Source: a virus. From it: a DNA stretch of 64,000 nt. The stretch covers positions 7,470 to 71,469 of the IMG/VR virus record IMGVR_UViG_3300042988_000931. One strand, written 5' to 3'. The notes under the pieces are model-generated. The model was not told where the DNA came from and searched no databases. It saw only the letters and a program-made list of their open reading frames with translations. Shown here in pieces: positions 36,513-47,140 of the stretch; positions within the stretch are counted from its first letter, which is position 1; every line of letters starts with the position of its first letter. A program made the translations under genes and the position numbers.

Positions 36513-36730
36513 TACGGGACCTTACTGGCCGGAGACGGCTGGGCGGCGTTGGTAGTCCCTGCATCCTTGGCGGCGATAAGGCCCATGGACGTAATGAGCA
36601 TCCAGATTTGGTTCATGTCGCTGAAATCGACAGAGCCAGCCTTAATCCACTTGCCAATGATGGTGAGAATGCCGAGGACACCAAAAAAGGTCGTCTGCGG
36701 GGAGGCGAGGACATTCTTAAGCGAAAACAT
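36512..36730 (-). CDS. Holin
   Basis: 72 aa, two TM helices, TT..G...GLIAAKD. Confidence 0.7.
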   Translation of the reverse strand: MFSLKNVLASPQTTFFGVLGILTIIGKWIKAGSVDFSDMNQIWMLITSMGLIAAKDAGTTNAAQPSPASKVP

Positions 36731-36741
36731 TTTACTTTCTC

Positions 36742-36858
36742 CTATAATACCCGGTGGGGGCGATAGTGTTTATCCAGGCGCCACATTTCCCATTTTGGTG
36801 CGCTGGATTGACATGCCGCCAGCATCAACGCCAGCAGCAATAGGATGAGCTTGCGCAT
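36742..36858 (-). CDS. 38-aa lipoprotein
   Basis: Manual translation MRKLILLLLALMLAAC-QSSAPKWEMWRLDKHYRPHRVL; TAATG overlap with the endolysin stop. Confidence 0.6.
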   Translation of the reverse strand: MRKLILLLLALMLAACQSSAPKWEMWRLDKHYRPHRVL

Positions 36859-37466
36859 TACTTCCTCCCAAAGACCTTGGAAACGAATTGGTCCATGGGG
36901 AATGCCGGGCCGGGGTCTGTCTTGCGCTTCGGCGCGACATCTTCATGCCCGACAATTTCTTTTATCCCATAGGCGTCGACAATCGCATCGGCGATTCCAA
37001 CCGCCGCCAAAAGCTGCTCGGGAGGGTAGACCATCCATGGCCTCTCGGGCCCGCCGTTCTTATGAGCGGCGACCACCACCTGAGAGGCTGGGATGACCTT
37101 CCCCGCGACATCATAATATTTTCCGTCGGCTCGTTTGGTCAGGTATCCTGGGTTGACCATCTCAATGCCGATAGAGAAGGCATTGCACCCGTGCTTGCCC
37201 TTCCAGGATGACTTCCCAGCGTGCCAGCACAAAAGATTGAGTGGCGCGAGTTGTGTCGCGACACCCATCTGGTCTAGAACGATATGAGCGCTGGCCTTTG
37301 CTTGCTTGTTGCACAGCCAGGAGATTGCGCCAGAGGCGTTTTGTCCAGCAGTATAATGCATCACCAACAAAGTCGGCTTCATTATACCGCCGTGGTTTGG
37401 CGTCTTCTTCTGGGCGACAGGTTTCCCGTCAAGAAAAAGGATGTGGCTTTTTACGGAGAACGTCAT
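36858..37466 (-). CDS. Endolysin, N-acetylmuramoyl-L-alanine amidase (Amidase_2)
   Basis: VMHYTA, ASAH, WHAG, NAFSIGIE, VGHEDVAPKRKTDPG. Confidence 0.93.
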   Translation of the reverse strand: MTFSVKSHILFLDGKPVAQKKTPNHGGIMKPTLLVMHYTAGQNASGAISWLCNKQAKASAHIVLDQMGVATQLAPLNLLCWHAGKSSWKGKHGCNAFSIGIEMVNPGYLTKRADGKYYDVAGKVIPASQVVVAAHKNGGPERPWMVYPPEQLLAAVGIADAIVDAYGIKEIVGHEDVAPKRKTDPGPAFPMDQFVSKVFGRK

Positions 37467-37601
37467 CGCGATTATCCCTCACCCATATGCCAATGGCGCC
37501 CGTCATCAGGCCGAGGAGGGCGGTTAGGTCTATCAAAAGCATTCCACAGTCCATCGTCGATGCCTTTCGATTGGTTAGAGCATCAACTCCCTTGGAATTT
37601 T

Positions 37602-37880
37602 CTAGTTTGCGCCCAACGGGAGGGCTACAGTCTTAACGGCTACCCGGTTTTGATTGGTCGTAATAGTGTTCTGGATGTCAGCGATTACGCCACTTTGTCC
37701 GCCGCCACTGAGCCAAACAGTTGTCAGCGTATTGGTAAATGTCGTGACAGAGATAACAAGCCCAGCGGGCGCCACCCACGAACTGGAGATGATACTCTCT
37801 CCGGGAGCCAGCCAACGGCTCCAGTCGATGCTGTAGTCTTTACTATCCCGAGGGTCATGGATGGGCCATTGAAGATACAT
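37602..37880 (-). CDS. Small tail/fibre adaptor-like protein
   Basis: DP....DY.IDW..WL..GE.I.SS.W...TVWLSGG. Confidence 0.65.
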   Translation of the reverse strand: MYLQWPIHDPRDSKDYSIDWSRWLAPGESIISSSWVAPAGLVISVTTFTNTLTTVWLSGGGQSGVIADIQNTITTNQNRVAVKTVALPLGAN

Positions 37881-38087
37881 TTAACTCTCCGGGATAATGA
37901 CGGTTCTGTTTTCATATGGCACAATCACCCGGCGTTCTGCGCTGAGTGAGAACCCAGCAGCGACAACCGTCGAGTAAGCGTAAATCGTGCCAAAGGCCGT
38001 GTCGTCTGGAACAACATCAGAGGCTGTTAATGGGCCAGACGTGAGCGGCGACGAGGTGAGTGCGCCATCTAGGAACGTGTCGGCCAT
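37881..38087 (-). CDS. Small tail-associated protein
   Basis: 68 aa, coupled to neighbours. Confidence 0.55.
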   Translation of the reverse strand: MADTFLDGALTSSPLTSGPLTASDVVPDDTAFGTIYAYSTVVAAGFSLSAERRVIVPYENRTVIIPES

Positions 38088-39373
38088 TAGTTGCGTCCGT
38101 AGATTTTGATGGTGCCTGACGTGATAACGCCGCTGCCAAAATTAAATTGCAGTCCTGTTACAGGGGAAGTATTGGGAGAATAAGCGGATATAATGAGATT
38201 GTCGGCATATCCGAAATAGTCAAGATATGTCCCTGACCCAAACAAGGTCTTTTTACCGGATGAATTGGACGGGTTTGTCAGTCTAAGATTTAGATTTACA
38301 CCTGCCCCCGCCGCCACCCGCGCCCCCGCCGTCAGGTCGATATATGTGGAAGAATATACTGTCGCGATTGCGTTTTGCGCTACTATGGCATTTGTTGTTC
38401 CAGAATACCCAGCGGAAGCCCAAGCGCCGTTGACATACATATTGCAGCCAAGGGCAGCCGCATTAGCCGACGGAATTAAATCCATAATTCGTATTTCATA
38501 TTCTGAATAAGCCGATGTGAACGACGTAATGTTGAGCAGGCTTGCCGACGAACTCGCCGTTAGTGTGCTGAGCAATATCCAGCCGCCGGTCCCCGCCGCT
38601 TGCGCAGGGGTAATCGTCCCAGAGATATCCGAGAATGAAGGCTGCGCAGAAGAAGCGACGCCATTCGTCCCAATCCCGGTTAGGAACTGCGACGCAACAA
38701 CGTCCTTTGAATAAATCCCACCAACGGTTGTCGGAGTGGGGCCGGGAAGCTGAGTGCCGGAGATTTGGCCAAGGATATGGGAAAAGTAGACCTGCGTGAC
38801 TTGCAAAGTGCCAGACGATAAAAGGCCAGTTACAAAGTAGGGTGGGGTATAGTCCTGACCGGCAAACGTGTAAACGCCGCCACGAGTAGTCACATCTGGC
38901 GCAGGGATATCGCCGACTACGGGTGCGCCGTCCGTTCCGATGCTTGTGACGACTTTACCCGTCTGAGCAGCAGCTGACTTCACGCCGCCAAGCGTTGTTG
39001 CAGTGGGCAGGGGCAGTAACGGCGAGAGGATTTTACCGTTATCATCTAGCCGCACAAGGTTTCGAGCCTGGGAGCCCGACTGTAAGTCCCAGGAGTTGGG
39101 CGTCAGACTGATTGTCGGAGGAGAGGCCCAGTCAACGGCGTTGCCGCTATTGCTCGAGCCGAGGATAGTGGTCCTGGCCAGAGTAGACGGAGCGGTAAAC
39201 AGCCCCTGCCCCCACTCGTAATCCAATCCCTGCTCGGCAAGGTAGCTGACGGTCTCCCCAGTCGTAACGACGGTAAAATCTCTATATGCCGGGATGGCGC
39301 TGCCGACCGTATAATCACCAGTTCCTGTCGTTGTGGTGACGACCTTAACGCGAGAATAAAGACGGCTGACCAT
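38087..39373 (-). CDS. Tail fibre protein
   Basis: RVK.TTTTTGTG N-terminus, ATTLGGVK repeats, C-terminal SGTIKIYG. Confidence 0.75.
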   Translation of the reverse strand: MVSRLYSRVKVVTTTTGTGDYTVGSAIPAYRDFTVVTTGETVSYLAEQGLDYEWGQGLFTAPSTLARTTILGSSNSGNAVDWASPPTISLTPNSWDLQSGSQARNLVRLDDNGKILSPLLPLPTATTLGGVKSAAAQTGKVVTSIGTDGAPVVGDIPAPDVTTRGGVYTFAGQDYTPPYFVTGLLSSGTLQVTQVYFSHILGQISGTQLPGPTPTTVGGIYSKDVVASQFLTGIGTNGVASSAQPSFSDISGTITPAQAAGTGGWILLSTLTASSSASLLNITSFTSAYSEYEIRIMDLIPSANAAALGCNMYVNGAWASAGYSGTTNAIVAQNAIATVYSSTYIDLTAGARVAAGAGVNLNLRLTNPSNSSGKKTLFGSGTYLDYFGYADNLIISAYSPNTSPVTGLQFNFGSGVITSGTIKIYGRN

Positions 39374-39375
39374 GG

Positions 39376-39804
39376 TTATTCCTCAGTGATGGAGGTGTTA
39401 ACTTGCGAAATCGTCGGAACGCCCAGCGCAGATATGGAGATGGAGCGAGAGAGCGGGCCGGAGTAGTAAATCAGCCCACCTCCGCTGACATCACGACCAA
39501 TCGCCCAGTGCGTGGCGATGGCTGTTCCGCTCACCACCTCTGGAAACTGCACAGCATTGACGAGGGATATGACATTAGCCGTTCTGACCCACCCCGCGCT
39601 TGTCCGGGGGACTGGCTGACGGGCATATGGATTGTAAGAGACCTCGAGATAGCTTTGCAGGCTAGTCGGGTTGGCCGCTACATCAGGGTCGCCTGTATGC
39701 AGGCTGATATACCAATCGGTATAGGTAGACAGACTATCGTTGAGAACCCCAAAAAAGAACCAGTCTAATATGTCCTGTTGGGCCTGTATGCTCTTGCCAG
39801 CCAT
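39376..39804 (-). CDS. Tail-associated protein
   Basis: YISLHTGDP...EVSY..YARQ.V.R...GW; start MAGKS. Confidence 0.7.
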   Translation of the reverse strand: MAGKSIQAQQDILDWFFFGVLNDSLSTYTDWYISLHTGDPDVAANPTSLQSYLEVSYNPYARQPVPRTSAGWVRTANVISLVNAVQFPEVVSGTAIATHWAIGRDVSGGGLIYYSGPLSRSISISALGVPTISQVNTSITEE

Positions 39805-39805
39805 G

Positions 39806-40498
39806 TTAGCTCCATCCGATGTCGATAGACCCGCCGCCACCGGGGAATCCGGGCGTGCCAAAGATGGGCGGGTTGCCGCTCGAAACGATACCGAGTGCTC
39901 CGCCGGCTCCTCCTGCGCCAATCGTAATGGCGACTTGAGAACCGACGGCGGGGCCTGTCCCGCCTGAATTAATCGGGTTGGTGAGCGTTAAGACAACCTT
40001 GCCGCCTGCACCGCCTGTTCCGCCCCCTGGAAATCCTCCAACGCCACCGGCAGGGAGCCCGTCTGACCCTAGGCCCGCAGCGCCATTGGCTCCAAAGAAA
40101 CCAGCGCCGCCGCCCAGCGCTGTCCCGAAGGCTCCAAAACTGCTAGAGCCACCCGGCGTTCCTGGGCTGCCGACTTGAGCAGCAGGGCTGCCGCCACCGG
40201 CGCCACCTCCAGCCCCCGCACGGATGACAACTGTCATGATTGAATAGGTTGGGACAACAAAAGTCCCGGCTGAGACAAATGTCTTCGACCCGGCCGGGAT
40301 GCCGCTTGCCGGACCCTTGCCGTATAAAGAAGAGAAGGTCAGATTATAATCTGTGAAAACGCCTGAACTCGCATTAGCCTTGAACCACCTAACCCCAGCG
40401 AGTTGAGATAGAGATATCGCCCCCGAAACAGACGGGAAGAATACCGACTTGACTTGGCTCATCGAGATTGAGCCGCTCGCCGGAAGGAAGGCTGTCAT
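39806..40498 (-). CDS. Gly-rich fibre-tip/adhesin-like protein
   Basis: LPASGSISMSQV N-terminus, polyglycine blocks. Confidence 0.65.
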   Translation of the reverse strand: MTAFLPASGSISMSQVKSVFFPSVSGAISLSQLAGVRWFKANASSGVFTDYNLTFSSLYGKGPASGIPAGSKTFVSAGTFVVPTYSIMTVVIRAGAGGGAGGGSPAAQVGSPGTPGGSSSFGAFGTALGGGAGFFGANGAAGLGSDGLPAGGVGGFPGGGTGGAGGKVVLTLTNPINSGGTGPAVGSQVAITIGAGGAGGALGIVSSGNPPIFGTPGFPGGGGSIDIGWS

Positions 40499-41313
40499 TG
40501 GTTCAGAGCCTCCAGCTCGTCAACGCGGGCCGACAATTCTTTGACGGCTTCAATGAGAACGCCAACGATGTTGCCATAGGCCACAGAATAAAGCCCATCT
40601 GCGTTTTGGATGACGACTTCCGGGATGACCTCATTAACCTCTTGGGCAATGACGCCAACTCGCTGTTCTCCCAGCGCGTTAGCATATCTCACGCCCTCAA
40701 GGCGGCTGATGAGATTTAGGGCGTCTTCAATGGGGCGGATATTTGATTTAATGCGCCTGTCTGATAGCGCCGTAATATCCCCAGCAGCAGTGAGCGACCC
40801 GGAGAGCGTTACATTGCCGTTCGTGCAAACAAGCTGAGAGCCGCCGACTGATAGGCCGTTTGTGGGAAGGGTTAATCCTCCCGTCAGCGTGCCGCCCGCC
40901 TTTGAGAGATAGGAACCGCTATCGGCCAAATAGACATTCGTCCCATCTGACCAGATAAATGTCGTCGTATTGATGGACGTGGTTGGCATCGTAACCCACG
41001 TCGCCCCAGCACTTCTGATTGTGACGGTTACTGCGCTGCTGATATTATTAGCGCATATCCATGAGCCAATGCCGCTGGCCGGGAGCGTGACGACGACATT
41101 CGTCGCTGGCGTTCCCTCAAATACCAATACTGCGCTTCTGGCTTGGTCTGTCGTCAGGGTGACGTTGCCAGCGGAGAGATTGACATGGGTGTGGCCCGCA
41201 ATCGCCGCGTCTATCTCGTCAAAATTGAGATTTGTCGGAATGTCCCAGGTCCCGACATTCGACCCATTCGCTGGCTTGGTGAGGTAGCCTTTGTATCCTG
41301 TGTAATCAACCAA
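40495..41313 (-). CDS. Tail needle/fibre with C-terminal peptidase S74 intramolecular chaperone
   Basis: SDRRIKSNI...L.GVRY...GVIAQEV...V.YGN...LIEAVKEL; TTG start after GGAGG. Confidence 0.85.
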   Translation of the reverse strand: MVDYTGYKGYLTKPANGSNVGTWDIPTNLNFDEIDAAIAGHTHVNLSAGNVTLTTDQARSAVLVFEGTPATNVVVTLPASGIGSWICANNISSAVTVTIRSAGATWVTMPTTSINTTTFIWSDGTNVYLADSGSYLSKAGGTLTGGLTLPTNGLSVGGSQLVCTNGNVTLSGSLTAAGDITALSDRRIKSNIRPIEDALNLISRLEGVRYANALGEQRVGVIAQEVNEVIPEVVIQNADGLYSVAYGNIVGVLIEAVKELSARVDELEALNQ

Positions 41314-42994
41314 TTTGGCCTCCTCTGGCAAGGCGCAGGGCGTTTGCGATAGCCTCGTCGTCATAATCTTGGAGGTAATTAAACTGGCCTCCAAGTTTGC
41401 GGCATTCCCGCTCGGCAAGTTTGGTGTAGTCGGGAATTCTGCCCCCAGAAGCCCGTTCCAGTGCTCTTGGCGCTTCATATCCGCCGAGCAATGCGCCCAT
41501 CTGGTTCATGTATTTGCCGGTGGCAGGTTCATATGGGACATGTCCGCGTGCAATGAGGTGCTTAAGGGCCTCTATGTCCTTCTCCCCGACCTTTACGGCG
41601 CCAGTTTTCATGGCGTTACCAGCAAGACCTGTCCCAATTATCCCGGCTGCCGTGACTGGATGCCCCATCATAGCTGCGGCGATGGCTCCTGGGACCTCTC
41701 CCTTTCCAGCCAAGCCGGATAGAGCAACAGAATTGCCAATCAATCGAAGCATATTACGCATGCTGAGCTTGCCGCCGCCACTTTGGACTTTCTTAATAGC
41801 CGCCTTCTCTGCCTCACTCCATCGACCAGGGAATTTTAGGTCCTTATTAAGGATTTTGTTAAACTCCTGACGGATGGTGTTATCAAGATTGCCGCCACTA
41901 TATGTTGATTCGGCGCGGCGCTGGGCCTTGACGTATGCGGTCTCTATGTCATCTAACTTTTTAGAGATGCTCCACGTTTTACGGGCGTTTTGCAAAAAGT
42001 CTTTTGCCTCGTTCACAGCATCAGGGTGCATATTAGCATCATCAAAATGATGTTCGACATTGTCGAGGATTTTGTCGATTTCATCTCTTGCGACATATCC
42101 AGTTCGACGTGTCGCATCGTCAGCGTCGGTCAGAAGATTTTTGTTTATGGATTGGCGGAGCTTCTCAAGGTCGTGGAATGAAACAGGCCCGCCATTGTCG
42201 GCGACCTCCTTCATTTTATCCATTGCAGAAAGAACCCCTGTCGATTTTTGCGACGACAAAAATGGACTATAACCGCTCTTCTCTTCCAGCGCCCTTTGCG
42301 TGTTTTCTCTCATACCTGCGAGAGAACTTGGCTTTAGATTTATATTGTTCTGGAAGGCTTGTTTATAGAGGCCCTGTCCTTCAGCCTTTTTGTCAGCAGC
42401 CGTGATGACCTTTTCCGCCTTCGGAATGAGGGTTGGGGCTTCGCCAGTAAGTTCTGAGACTTTGCCAGTCGGTATCCGCCTGCCGATAGCGTTTACAGCC
42501 GGAGCCAATGCCCGCCCAGCCAAAGCACCCGCTCCGGCGCCAGCGAGGCCAAGGCCAGCGCCAGTAACAGCGCCTTCACCCGTTCCTGTCTCACCATAAC
42601 CGGCAGCGGCCCCAGAGGCAGCGCCAGCACCGAGAGCAGCCGGAATGGTCGCCAGTCTGGCTGGGAGGAGCGCCGAAGCGCCGATGCCCGCTCCCGTGCC
42701 AATCATGGACGCAGTGGGATGGGCCTCCTGCGCAGCGGACTGCTTGGACTTGATGCGCTGATACTCTTCCGGGTAGCTCGTGCCATGTATCATCGAGCCG
42801 ATTTTAGCCCGAGCAGCCGTCGCCATTCCCATCGTCGGAACGTCGAGATAGTTCGAGCCGAACGCCTCTAGCGCAGAGCCGCCAGATGGTTTGGAAGAAG
42901 CGGCAGGTTGCTCCCCCTCCAAGACAAACCCCTCCGGAGGCGGCGGGGCTTGATTTTCGAGTTCAAAGCCTTCCGGAGGCGCAGGAATATTCAT
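41306..42994 (-). CDS. Internal virion (ejection) protein
   Basis: PPEGF repeats, Gly/Ala hydrophobic segments, helical; C-terminal RASGGRI and LARGG. Confidence 0.7.
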   Translation of the reverse strand: MNIPAPPEGFELENQAPPPPEGFVLEGEQPAASSKPSGGSALEAFGSNYLDVPTMGMATAARAKIGSMIHGTSYPEEYQRIKSKQSAAQEAHPTASMIGTGAGIGASALLPARLATIPAALGAGAASGAAAGYGETGTGEGAVTGAGLGLAGAGAGALAGRALAPAVNAIGRRIPTGKVSELTGEAPTLIPKAEKVITAADKKAEGQGLYKQAFQNNINLKPSSLAGMRENTQRALEEKSGYSPFLSSQKSTGVLSAMDKMKEVADNGGPVSFHDLEKLRQSINKNLLTDADDATRRTGYVARDEIDKILDNVEHHFDDANMHPDAVNEAKDFLQNARKTWSISKKLDDIETAYVKAQRRAESTYSGGNLDNTIRQEFNKILNKDLKFPGRWSEAEKAAIKKVQSGGGKLSMRNMLRLIGNSVALSGLAGKGEVPGAIAAAMMGHPVTAAGIIGTGLAGNAMKTGAVKVGEKDIEALKHLIARGHVPYEPATGKYMNQMGALLGGYEAPRALERASGGRIPDYTKLAERECRKLGGQFNYLQDYDDEAIANALRLARGGQIG

Positions 42995-45900
42995 CACATC
43001 GGCTCCCATTTGCCGTTACGGAAGATGACACGTTCGCCTGTCTTCGGGTTGATGGCTGTTTGACCACCAGAAGAACCCGAACCACCACCGAGAGATTTTT
43101 TATCCGCGTCGGTAAGGAGCGGATGCTTTTCGGCCCAATCGCTGATGTAGCTATCCCACCCCGCGTCCAATCCGCCATGCGTCTGGGCGTATTCATTCGC
43201 CATCTTGAAGACTTCATGCTGTCTGTCGACGACGCGCCGCTGCAGCCCGATAAGTTTACGGTTTGCATCTGGTGTAAGGTCGACATTCGGCATTCTTGCC
43301 TTGATAAACGCGACGTCAGCATTCGACACACCAGAGCCAAGCGAACCGTTCTGCGCATCCAAAACCAGCTTGTTGGATAGCGATTTGAACAAGTCTGTCG
43401 GCGTTGCAGCTTCAGGGTCGACGAGGCCGATTGCCGAACCGAGTTTCTTGACTGTGTTAAATTGTTCCGCGCCGACGCCAGAATAGAAGTTTTTGTTGCT
43501 CATCAGCTCTTCCATCTGGTCGAGCGTTGCTTTCGTCTGTTTAGCGATTTCGTCGGATTTCTTCAGGCCAGAATATGCGTCAGCGTATTGCTTATTCTCA
43601 GCCTCTTGTTTTTTGACCTCAACCTGGTTTGACGCCTCAAGCATTTTGTTCTGACGCTCTCTCTCGTCTTTGAGATGCGCGTCGATGGCGGCTATTCTTA
43701 GTTCGGTGGACTTTATTTGAGCTGGTGTATAGCCAGGGTCATTAATAAGCGCCTCACGCTGCGCCATCAGGTTGTCTATTGCCGAATTTACCGGAGCGGC
43801 AGCAGCCGTCTGAACAGGAGCGCCTGCCGCGGTGGCGGAGGCTCCAGAGGGCGCAACAGAGACAGACCCTGTGGCGCCAGCGGCGCGCCTTCTGTCCCAT
43901 TCTCTTGCGGATTCAGCCGCAGCCTGCTTCTGAGCCATTTCAAGCTTGCGCTCTTCAATCTGGCTCATAATGTTCTGGACTTGCGCCGCCTTATACGGGT
44001 CGTTTTCCGCAGCTCTAGCCTCTTGCTCAGCGCCCATGGCGGAAAGGCCCGCTAGACCGCCTTGGCCAATAGCCTCGCCAAGCGTTGGGGCGCCAGACGC
44101 CAGCATGCCAAGACCAGCCGACAAGAGCCCGCCCCAGATATCGGGTCCGCTGTCCTGTGCAGAACTTGCCGTCTGGGCAACTGGAGCCGCCGGAGCGGCA
44201 GGAGCCGCCTGCGCCTGAGAGGGTGAGAACAACCCAGATAGGCCGTTGCCGATTGCGCGGAGGGGCTCCGGCCAGTCAATGCCGTCATCGTCAGCGGGGG
44301 CTTCACCCAATCCGCCTTCAGCGAAGTGAATACGGCCGCCACGCGCTGCAAAGTCCATGTCACTAACGCTCTCGCCCAGCGCCATGAGCGAGTCGCTGAT
44401 ACTGGGAGTGGGCGGCGGCGCGGATATGCCTGCGTCTTGGATATTCGTGATGTCACCTGGGCGAGTCGGCGGAAGAGGAGCGCCACCGAGGTCATTTGGC
44501 CGCTGGGGCGGAGTAGGGGTGTTTGAGGCGAACTGCGTGTTCCCAGAAGGCGCGCCATATGCCTTGGCAAACATCTGCATGTATTTAGGGGCATTCGTGC
44601 CGAGAACGTCTGTCGCACTCTGGTGCTTGCGCCAGCCGGGACCACCAATCCAGTTCGCCGCAGCAAGTCTGGGGTCGCCACCTTCTTTTTTTATGTAATT
44701 CAGGCCCTGAACTTTGGCCACAGCATCTTGAATGCTCTTATCAGCTAGGAACTTTTGGGGCGTCAGGTTGTCGAAGCCTGCCGCTTTTCCCCAAGACGGA
44801 ATGTTTGCTCCCATAACCTGATAGGCGCCATATGGGATATCCCCTGTCCGGCTTTTAGGTCCCGTAATGCCATATCGTCCGCCGCTCTCGATTTGACGGA
44901 TTGCAGCGAGCCAGCGGTCAATGTCTACCCCGCCATCAGCAAAGCCAACCCGCCCGCCATCGGCCCTGTCTTCAGGTCTGATGCCTTGGTAGGGGTCTGC
45001 GCCGACAATTGAACCGAGCCAGCTTCCAAGGTCAGAGTATGACTTTTGAGCCATGCTACCGAGCCCGGAATAGACATTTGCCGGAGCTTCTGAAAATTGC
45101 ATAGGACCAACATTACGGCCGAGGTTCTGATTTCCAGGACGGGCCATAATCGGGATATCCCCCGCCGTTAGACCGGGGGAGACAGAAGGAAGCCTCTGAC
45201 CGCCCAAATCGACACGGTCTGAGCGCCATTCGGGGTGCGCCCATATCTTTTCAATGCCGCCGAGGCTGAAGGTCTCCGCAGGCGCTTCCGGCATCGGAGG
45301 GCCAGAGCGAGGGCCAATCGTAATCGGAGGAAGTTCCTGCTTCATCGGAGGCCCTTCCGGCTCCCGCTGCGGCTGCTGCCCTTCTCCCGTTGGCGCTTCC
45401 GCGCTGACCAGCACCTTGCCTCTCTTGAACAGGTCGGACAGCGCCTTGCCAGCCTTGCTCGCGTCAAATTGACTCTTACGACGCTCCGTCGGACCCAAGA
45501 ATTTAATATCCGGAAACTCTGGGCGAGAGGCTTGGATGGGAGCTACCGGCAGGCCATAAAGACCACCGGTAAACTGGCCCCCGCCCTCAGCAAACCCAAT
45601 ACGACCGCCCTCGCTCTTGAACTTCACCTCTGGAAATTCTGGCTTTACAGGCGAGAGAGGTGCAACCGGGAGACCGAATAACCCACCCTGCGCAGGCGGG
45701 GCCACGTCGCCACCATCATCAGGAACATCAAGAAGGCCGCCATCTGCATACGGAATGCGCCCGCCTTCATTCATCGCAAACATCTTGCCGAGCAGGCCAA
45801 TGCCCGACAGAAGGCCGCCCGCGAGCTGACCACCGCTGTTTGTTTTCTGCTCCGGAGAGGACGAATAGCCCTGCGTCGTGCCGCCCAGCAACGGGCCAAT

Positions 45901-46662
45901 GCCCTGCTGAATGCCCGCCAGCCACTGCGTTTGGGCATACGGGAATTGTTTCTCAAGCTGCCACTGCTGATAGGCCGTCCCCAACTTCTGCTGCTCAAGC
46001 GCCTGCTGTTCCTTGCCGGCGTTGTTGAGCATGCCCGTCTCAGCCATGCGGTTCTGCAAGCCCTGCTGCCCCAGATTGGCGACCTGATTGGCGCCAGACA
46101 TCTGGAAATTGGCGTTGGCAAGCGCCTGCGACTGAGCATTCGAATAGCCCTGCTGCATCAGTTCGGCGATGGTCTTGTCGCGGGTCAGGTTTTGCTGCCC
46201 CTGCAACGCAGCGCGGGAAATAGCCCCGCGGTCGCCACCCATGCCGCCAGCCCGAATGATATTGCTTTGCAATTCATTTTGCTGCTGAGCGTTCTGATTG
46301 TTCATCCAGTCCAGCGTCGTGCCGACCACGTTCTGCTGATACGGGTTCATGTATTGCTGGACAGTCTGCCCATAGTTCTCCGGACCCATCGAAGCCATTG
46401 AGCCGAGCGTCTGACCTGTGGCCGTGTCGATGTAGGGCTGGGAATAGCCCTGCAGCCCCTGCGTCTGCTGAAACGACTGCTGCTGGAACGGAGAAAACTC
46501 CGCCACAAGGGGCTTGTTATACGCCTCGAATGGCGTCGAGGCGACATTCGCTGCACGCTGAAGCGTCGTGTAGTATTGCGCAGCCGCAAACGGGTCCGGC
46601 ATGCTCCGAGTCGCGCTATAGCTCATTTGTTGGCCGCCGCCGCCGCCGCCCTTGCTGCCCAT
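42994..46662 (-). CDS. Large ejection protein with lytic transglycosylase-like domain
   Basis: Gln-rich N-terminus (YMNPYQQNV); AIRQIESGG.Y...YGAYQVM...QDAVA...W.GG; four tandem pairs of GG motifs. Confidence 0.8.
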   Translation of the reverse strand: MGSKGGGGGGQQMSYSATRSMPDPFAAAQYYTTLQRAANVASTPFEAYNKPLVAEFSPFQQQSFQQTQGLQGYSQPYIDTATGQTLGSMASMGPENYGQTVQQYMNPYQQNVVGTTLDWMNNQNAQQQNELQSNIIRAGGMGGDRGAISRAALQGQQNLTRDKTIAELMQQGYSNAQSQALANANFQMSGANQVANLGQQGLQNRMAETGMLNNAGKEQQALEQQKLGTAYQQWQLEKQFPYAQTQWLAGIQQGIGPLLGGTTQGYSSSPEQKTNSGGQLAGGLLSGIGLLGKMFAMNEGGRIPYADGGLLDVPDDGGDVAPPAQGGLFGLPVAPLSPVKPEFPEVKFKSEGGRIGFAEGGGQFTGGLYGLPVAPIQASRPEFPDIKFLGPTERRKSQFDASKAGKALSDLFKRGKVLVSAEAPTGEGQQPQREPEGPPMKQELPPITIGPRSGPPMPEAPAETFSLGGIEKIWAHPEWRSDRVDLGGQRLPSVSPGLTAGDIPIMARPGNQNLGRNVGPMQFSEAPANVYSGLGSMAQKSYSDLGSWLGSIVGADPYQGIRPEDRADGGRVGFADGGVDIDRWLAAIRQIESGGRYGITGPKSRTGDIPYGAYQVMGANIPSWGKAAGFDNLTPQKFLADKSIQDAVAKVQGLNYIKKEGGDPRLAAANWIGGPGWRKHQSATDVLGTNAPKYMQMFAKAYGAPSGNTQFASNTPTPPQRPNDLGGAPLPPTRPGDITNIQDAGISAPPPTPSISDSLMALGESVSDMDFAARGGRIHFAEGGLGEAPADDDGIDWPEPLRAIGNGLSGLFSPSQAQAAPAAPAAPVAQTASSAQDSGPDIWGGLLSAGLGMLASGAPTLGEAIGQGGLAGLSAMGAEQEARAAENDPYKAAQVQNIMSQIEERKLEMAQKQAAAESAREWDRRRAAGATGSVSVAPSGASATAAGAPVQTAAAAPVNSAIDNLMAQREALINDPGYTPAQIKSTELRIAAIDAHLKDERERQNKMLEASNQVEVKKQEAENKQYADAYSGLKKSDEIAKQTKATLDQMEELMSNKNFYSGVGAEQFNTVKKLGSAIGLVDPEAATPTDLFKSLSNKLVLDAQNGSLGSGVSNADVAFIKARMPNVDLTPDANRKLIGLQRRVVDRQHEVFKMANEYAQTHGGLDAGWDSYISDWAEKHPLLTDADKKSLGGGSGSSGGQTAINPKTGERVIFRNGKWEPM

Positions 46663-47138
46663 TACGCTACTCCGTCCACATTAGAGGGCTTATACATAAA
46701 GAACGCACCAACCGGAGGGATTTGCCTCCGATAGAGACGAACCTTCGCCTCAGTGCGTTCGTTCGATACAACGCCCATCATCAGGTCAATGCCGAGCCCA
46801 TCGGAACAGTGCTTTGCAAAACAGATAAGCTGCTTTGCGAAATCAGATTTCCGGAATTCAGGGTCGACAAAATTGCTCAATTCCAGCAACTGCGTATCGC
46901 GCGAATACCATACCTCATCCAATCTGAGGTAGACGTAGCCCTTAAGCTTCTCGCCCCTGCTTCCGATAACGCCAATCATGGACGCCTGACGGTGAACAGC
47001 CGCCCAGATGCTCTGGGAGACTTTCATGTCATCCATTTCATGCTCGCCAGCTTCCTCCCAGGCGAGGACCATCAGTCGGAAAATCTCGTCGCAGTCTTCC
47101 GGAGTGGCCATGCGAACATCAGAGCATTTTTCAAACAT
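46662..47138 (-). CDS. GNAT-fold acetyltransferase-like protein
   Basis: VRMATPED...FVDPEFRKS...RLY. Confidence 0.65.
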   Translation of the reverse strand: MFEKCSDVRMATPEDCDEIFRLMVLAWEEAGEHEMDDMKVSQSIWAAVHRQASMIGVIGSRGEKLKGYVYLRLDEVWYSRDTQLLELSNFVDPEFRKSDFAKQLICFAKHCSDGLGIDLMMGVVSNERTEAKVRLYRRQIPPVGAFFMYKPSNVDGVA

Positions 47139-47140
47139 AT

